Shown: positions 60,333 to 64,000 of the stretch, one piece after another
How positions within the stretch are numbered: position 1 is the stretch's first letter
Layout of the letters: every line of letters starts with the position of its first letter
Assembly (NCBI RefSeq): GCF_038025025.1
Contig: NW_027117338.1
Location: 3,100,001-3,164,000, forward strand
Length of the DNA stretch: 64,000 bases
Direction: 5' to 3'
Origin: Phyllosticta citribraziliensis
Taxonomy: Eukaryota
Translations under genes and position numbers: made by a program
Notes under the pieces: model-generated
What the model was told of the DNA's origin: nothing
Seen by the model: only the letters and a program-made list of their open reading frames with translations
The model's database searches: none

Positions 60333-61189
60333 ACCTCGACTCCTGGGGCATGTGGCAGGCCATGCCGACGTATTCCGTCATCTGGAAGCGTTCGTCTGGG
60401 CTACGTCGACAGCCTCTGCTTAGCGCCGGGCGGGCGCGGTCCCTCGAGCCTGAGTGGGTCGACCAGACCTCGAAGGCAACTCCTTGGGACGGGCTGGCCT
60501 CACTGCCTACGTGCTAGCTCAGCCGTCGACTTCACCCGGCCGTCCAGCTGGGCAAGGGTCCACCGAAGCTCCACGAGCAAGTTAGAGAACTTGTGCCTGG
60601 ATCGAGGGCCTTATCGTGGCCACGACAGCAATACGGGCCACATTGACGTGTGGCATTGGAGGAAATGGGCGTCAGGGTCCTGAATCAGGAGCTCGTCCCT
60701 GTCTATGGCGCGGCCCACTGGTGCTGATGTGGAGCTCCGAAGGCTTCCGGCCACAGCGAGGCGTCGAATTCGCTGAATGCCACAATAATGCTGCAGCTGC
60801 GTGGCGTTGGGAGATGAAACATGGGCGACGCGACGTGCTGCTGTCAGAGCACGTCATTGAGCGCAAGCTGCAGGACAAGTCGAAGTGATTGGAGTCGACG
60901 GTTGGGTGTGGCTGAGGTGACGACTGGGGGGTTGCACCGAGCTCCAAGCAAGCTTTCGGCTCGGACGCCAGATCGCCCTCGGCGCTTGGCAAAATTGCTT
61001 GGTTTCTGCAGAGAACAACGACAGCCGTTCCTTCGCTTGCCAATCGCTGAAACTGCTGCTGCTTCACCTCGCTCACCTGTGCTCCCTCGTCACCCACCGC
61101 AGCTTACGCACTGCCGCCCTTCGTCACGCCTGGCTCGACACGCAGCACCACCAACCAGCCTGGGGTCCTCGACTCCCCTCCATTCTCCA

Positions 61190-62105
61190 ATGGCTCCTCG
61201 CCTGCCCACCGCTGACGACTTCCCGGCCGCCGTCGCCAGTTGCCTCGAAATCGTGCCTCGTACGTGCCCCACCAGCTCCCAAAGCTCGTCCCTCAAGGCA
61301 CACCGCCACCACCGCCCCCTCGCTGTCAACAGCCACCCATTTCGGCCCTAGTCCCACCATGCTGACTGGACCTTTGCTCATCCGCCACACAGCTCCCGCC
61401 AACCAACCCGCTACCAATGTGCTGCTGCTCCTCCACGGCCTGGGCGACTCTGACCGTCCCTTTGCCAACTTTGCCCGCCAGCTGAACCTCCCGGAAACCG
61501 CCTGCATCGCCATCCGCGGCCCCAAACCGCTTCCATTCGACCTATCGGGCTTCCACTGGGGCGACGACATCACCGTCGACTCGAGCACGGGCGCCCTCGA
61601 TCCGGACGCCCCAGCCTTCAGTGCCGCGCTCCGCCTCGTGCTCAACGACGTGCTGCGCGGCGTGCTGCTGGCCCCGGAAAAGTGCGGCTACCGTCCCCGG
61701 AGCGTCATGCTGTTTGGCTACGCCCAGGGCGCCATGACCGCGTTGCACGTCGCCGTCGAGTTCGCCAACAGCTGTTCGTCGTCGAGCAGCAGTGCCGACG
61801 CGGAACTCGGCGGCGTCGTGGCCGTCGGCGGCGGCATGCCCTCGTGCTCTCCGCTCCTCCCCGTCGACGCAAAGGCCCGCACCCCCGTGCTCGTTTGCAA
61901 GGCCACGCGCAACTCGGCCGTCTCCCCAGCCCAGCTGCAGCGCGTCCGCGACGCCTTTGACCCTGTCGAGGTGCGCGAGTGGAACCGCCCTGGCGGCGAA
62001 GGCATGCCCAGGAACCGTGACGAGATGCTGCCCATCATGCAATTCTTCGCCCGGCGCTTGCGCAGCGTGAGAGGCGTCCCGGCGGGCGCCGTGGAACTGT
62101 CGTGA
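61190..62105 (+). CDS. Phospholipase/carboxylesterase-family alpha/beta-hydrolase fold protein, probably catalytically inactive (~260 aa)
   Basis: ATG 61190 (MAPRLPTADDFP...), intron 61260-61392, NVLLLLHGLGD, ARQLNLPETACIAIRGP, GFHWGDD, LFGYAQG, ELGGVVAVGG, MPRNRDEMLPIMQFFARRL. Confidence 0.9.
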
Positions 62106-64000
62106 GTCTCATGACGAACTCATGGACGCCTCGACGCCCCAAAGTGTGGAGTGTGGCGGAGCGGAGAAGTGGAGAGTGTCGTCTCATGAGAAGTGTTCGC
62201 GACTGACCGGAGACGGCCATCGACGAGTATCGACACCCCGTATCCACAGTTGATGTCGGGGTCTCCGACGATTGCTGTCACGACGCGATGGTCCAGGTGG
62301 CGCCAAGCAGCGAATGAAGTCACTGCGTCCTGGCCCCTCGTCGTGAGTTGCTCAGGGGTCCAGCTTTCGGCATGAGTTGCCGGGTTCGCCCGCCCCCAAG
62401 TTGCCATCCAGGGCTTCTGCCCCAGTGGAGAGGGCTGGTGAGGCGCAGTCTCCAGGCACAGCCTCACCCACGTAGCGTAGACGTAGACGTAGCTGCTGCC
62501 GGCAGTCGCCTCGGATCATCCGAAAGCAGGAATATCCATCCATCGTAGCAGAAGAAAGCAGCCTTCTTGTACCGACCGATAGGTTGCACCGCACCAGCTT
62601 CAATGACATGACAGAGCCCCATAAATGCAGCTCATCCCTTGACACTCGCCCGGCGACAATTCACCAGCAACCAGCTTCGTCCTGTCATCTAGAGACGAGG
62701 CACCAACCTGAACTGACCATGAACACTGGCAAGCTGCTCAGATAACAGAGTAAAAGTAGCGTTGGCGCGACTTCTGGCGATTACCAAAACGTTTGGGATG
62801 AACATGTAAATCGAGCTGTGCAGCTCACGACTTTCATCTCTTCTAATTGTGACGCGGTTGTGTCTCTCTAGGTGTACCTTACCTTGCGCGCAGTACGCAT
62901 CATCTCTCTCTCTTCATCTGTATTGACTGCTGTCGTTTGAAGAGGTAACAGTGAAAAAATAAAACCACGCAGCCTTTCAAATTTCCTAGCAGCGATGGCT
63001 ATTCGCAGCTCGCCAGCCCGCTTCACCTCCAACACCACATCAGCCCACACCCTCACTCCCCATCTCAATCTCAATCTCCCAGTCCTCCATCAAAACCACT
63101 CCCTCTCCATCCATCCACCTCGCCACCGCGCTTCTGCTCGAGCCACGACTGGGCGACTACCACGCCGCCAACCCGTACCTACCTGCTGTTGACCAAACCC
63201 AACGATTGTGCTACGCAAGAAACGGAATGCCGAGAGTCCGACGCTGCACGAGAGCACGTACGTGGCGATCGGAGAAGGTCTAGCAGGCGCAGGAGCGCGC
63301 ACCCAGCGCAAAAGAGCGCCGGGCTGGGCAGCTGGCATGACGGACGGAGAAATTGCGGCAAGTGACGTTGCTTCCATTGCCCTGCTCAGAAGGCCGTTTT
63401 CTTAGGATGCAACGACCGCTGAGGCGCTGAAGGTCCCCCGCGAAGACGACGACGATGAGGGCCGTGGAGCCGAGGCAGACTGGCAGTCTGGGGTAGAGCG
63501 GAGGGACGCGCCGACGCGAACTTTTGGGAGCCATGGCCAAAGACGAGAAGGCGGATGGAGTGGAGATCGTGAGTGGCACCTGGACGTCAACAGATCGATC
63601 GTCGGTGTCAGAAAGATATCACGGCCCTCTGCTTCTCCTGATCCCTTGTCTACGCATACCTTCTCGCCCAACACATACTCAACGTTCGAAGCCTGGTGCC
63701 AAAAACTACCCAGACCGCAGACTGCTATCCCCGACCTTGCCTGGTATACCTCCAACGTACTTAATGAAAGAGAAATGAGCCCTGTGATCTAATCCTTCGA
63801 CCCGTCCATCCATCCATCCCACCCTGCCTTCCACCGCCCCTTGTCCCACATGCCCTGCACCCCTGACCGACCGTACGGCCCGTGGACAAGGGCAGGAAGA
63901 GGGATGCGTGTTTCTGAGACGCTGCGTTGCGGTGCGGCCCGTCCCGCGGCGCTCCATAATGCATGATGCATGCGTGGCTCCCACTTAATGCATTGTGTAA

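Noticed and set aside
1..64000. tRNA, rRNA, transposon, LTR, telomeric or CRISPR elements
   Set aside because: No cloverleaf with A/B boxes, transposase/RT motifs, long terminal repeats, RIP-like AT blocks or regularly spaced repeats recognised by eye; small ncRNAs cannot be excluded without Infernal/tRNAscan.

Overview
Eukaryotic DNA from a filamentous ascomycete (Pezizomycotina, probably a Dothideomycete; inferred from short GT-AG introns with CTRAY branch points and gene content). Recognisable genes: a Zn2Cys6 transcription factor (-), cytosolic glutamyl-tRNA synthetase (-), a conserved S/T/N-rich hypothetical protein (+), lanosterol synthase ERG7 (+), a ~1474-aa NACHT-ankyrin NLR-like protein (+), TRA1 (-), SYG1-like SPX-EXS protein (-), a CipC-like protein (-) and a phospholipase/carboxylesterase-fold protein lacking its catalytic triad (+). 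The least explained structure is a family of four divergent paralogues of an uncharacterised domain. Three are clustered at 12.9-17.9 kb (a head-to-head pair plus a stop-interrupted copy) and the fourth lies directly behind the NLR. The NLR gene model has a predicted N-terminal myristoylation/palmitoylation signal and an (EEKP)9 linker. A ~10.5-kb microsatellite-rich stretch with no recognisable gene precedes ERG7. No tRNA, rRNA, transposase or CRISPR array was recognised. All exon models and alignments were made by eye; no database searches were run.
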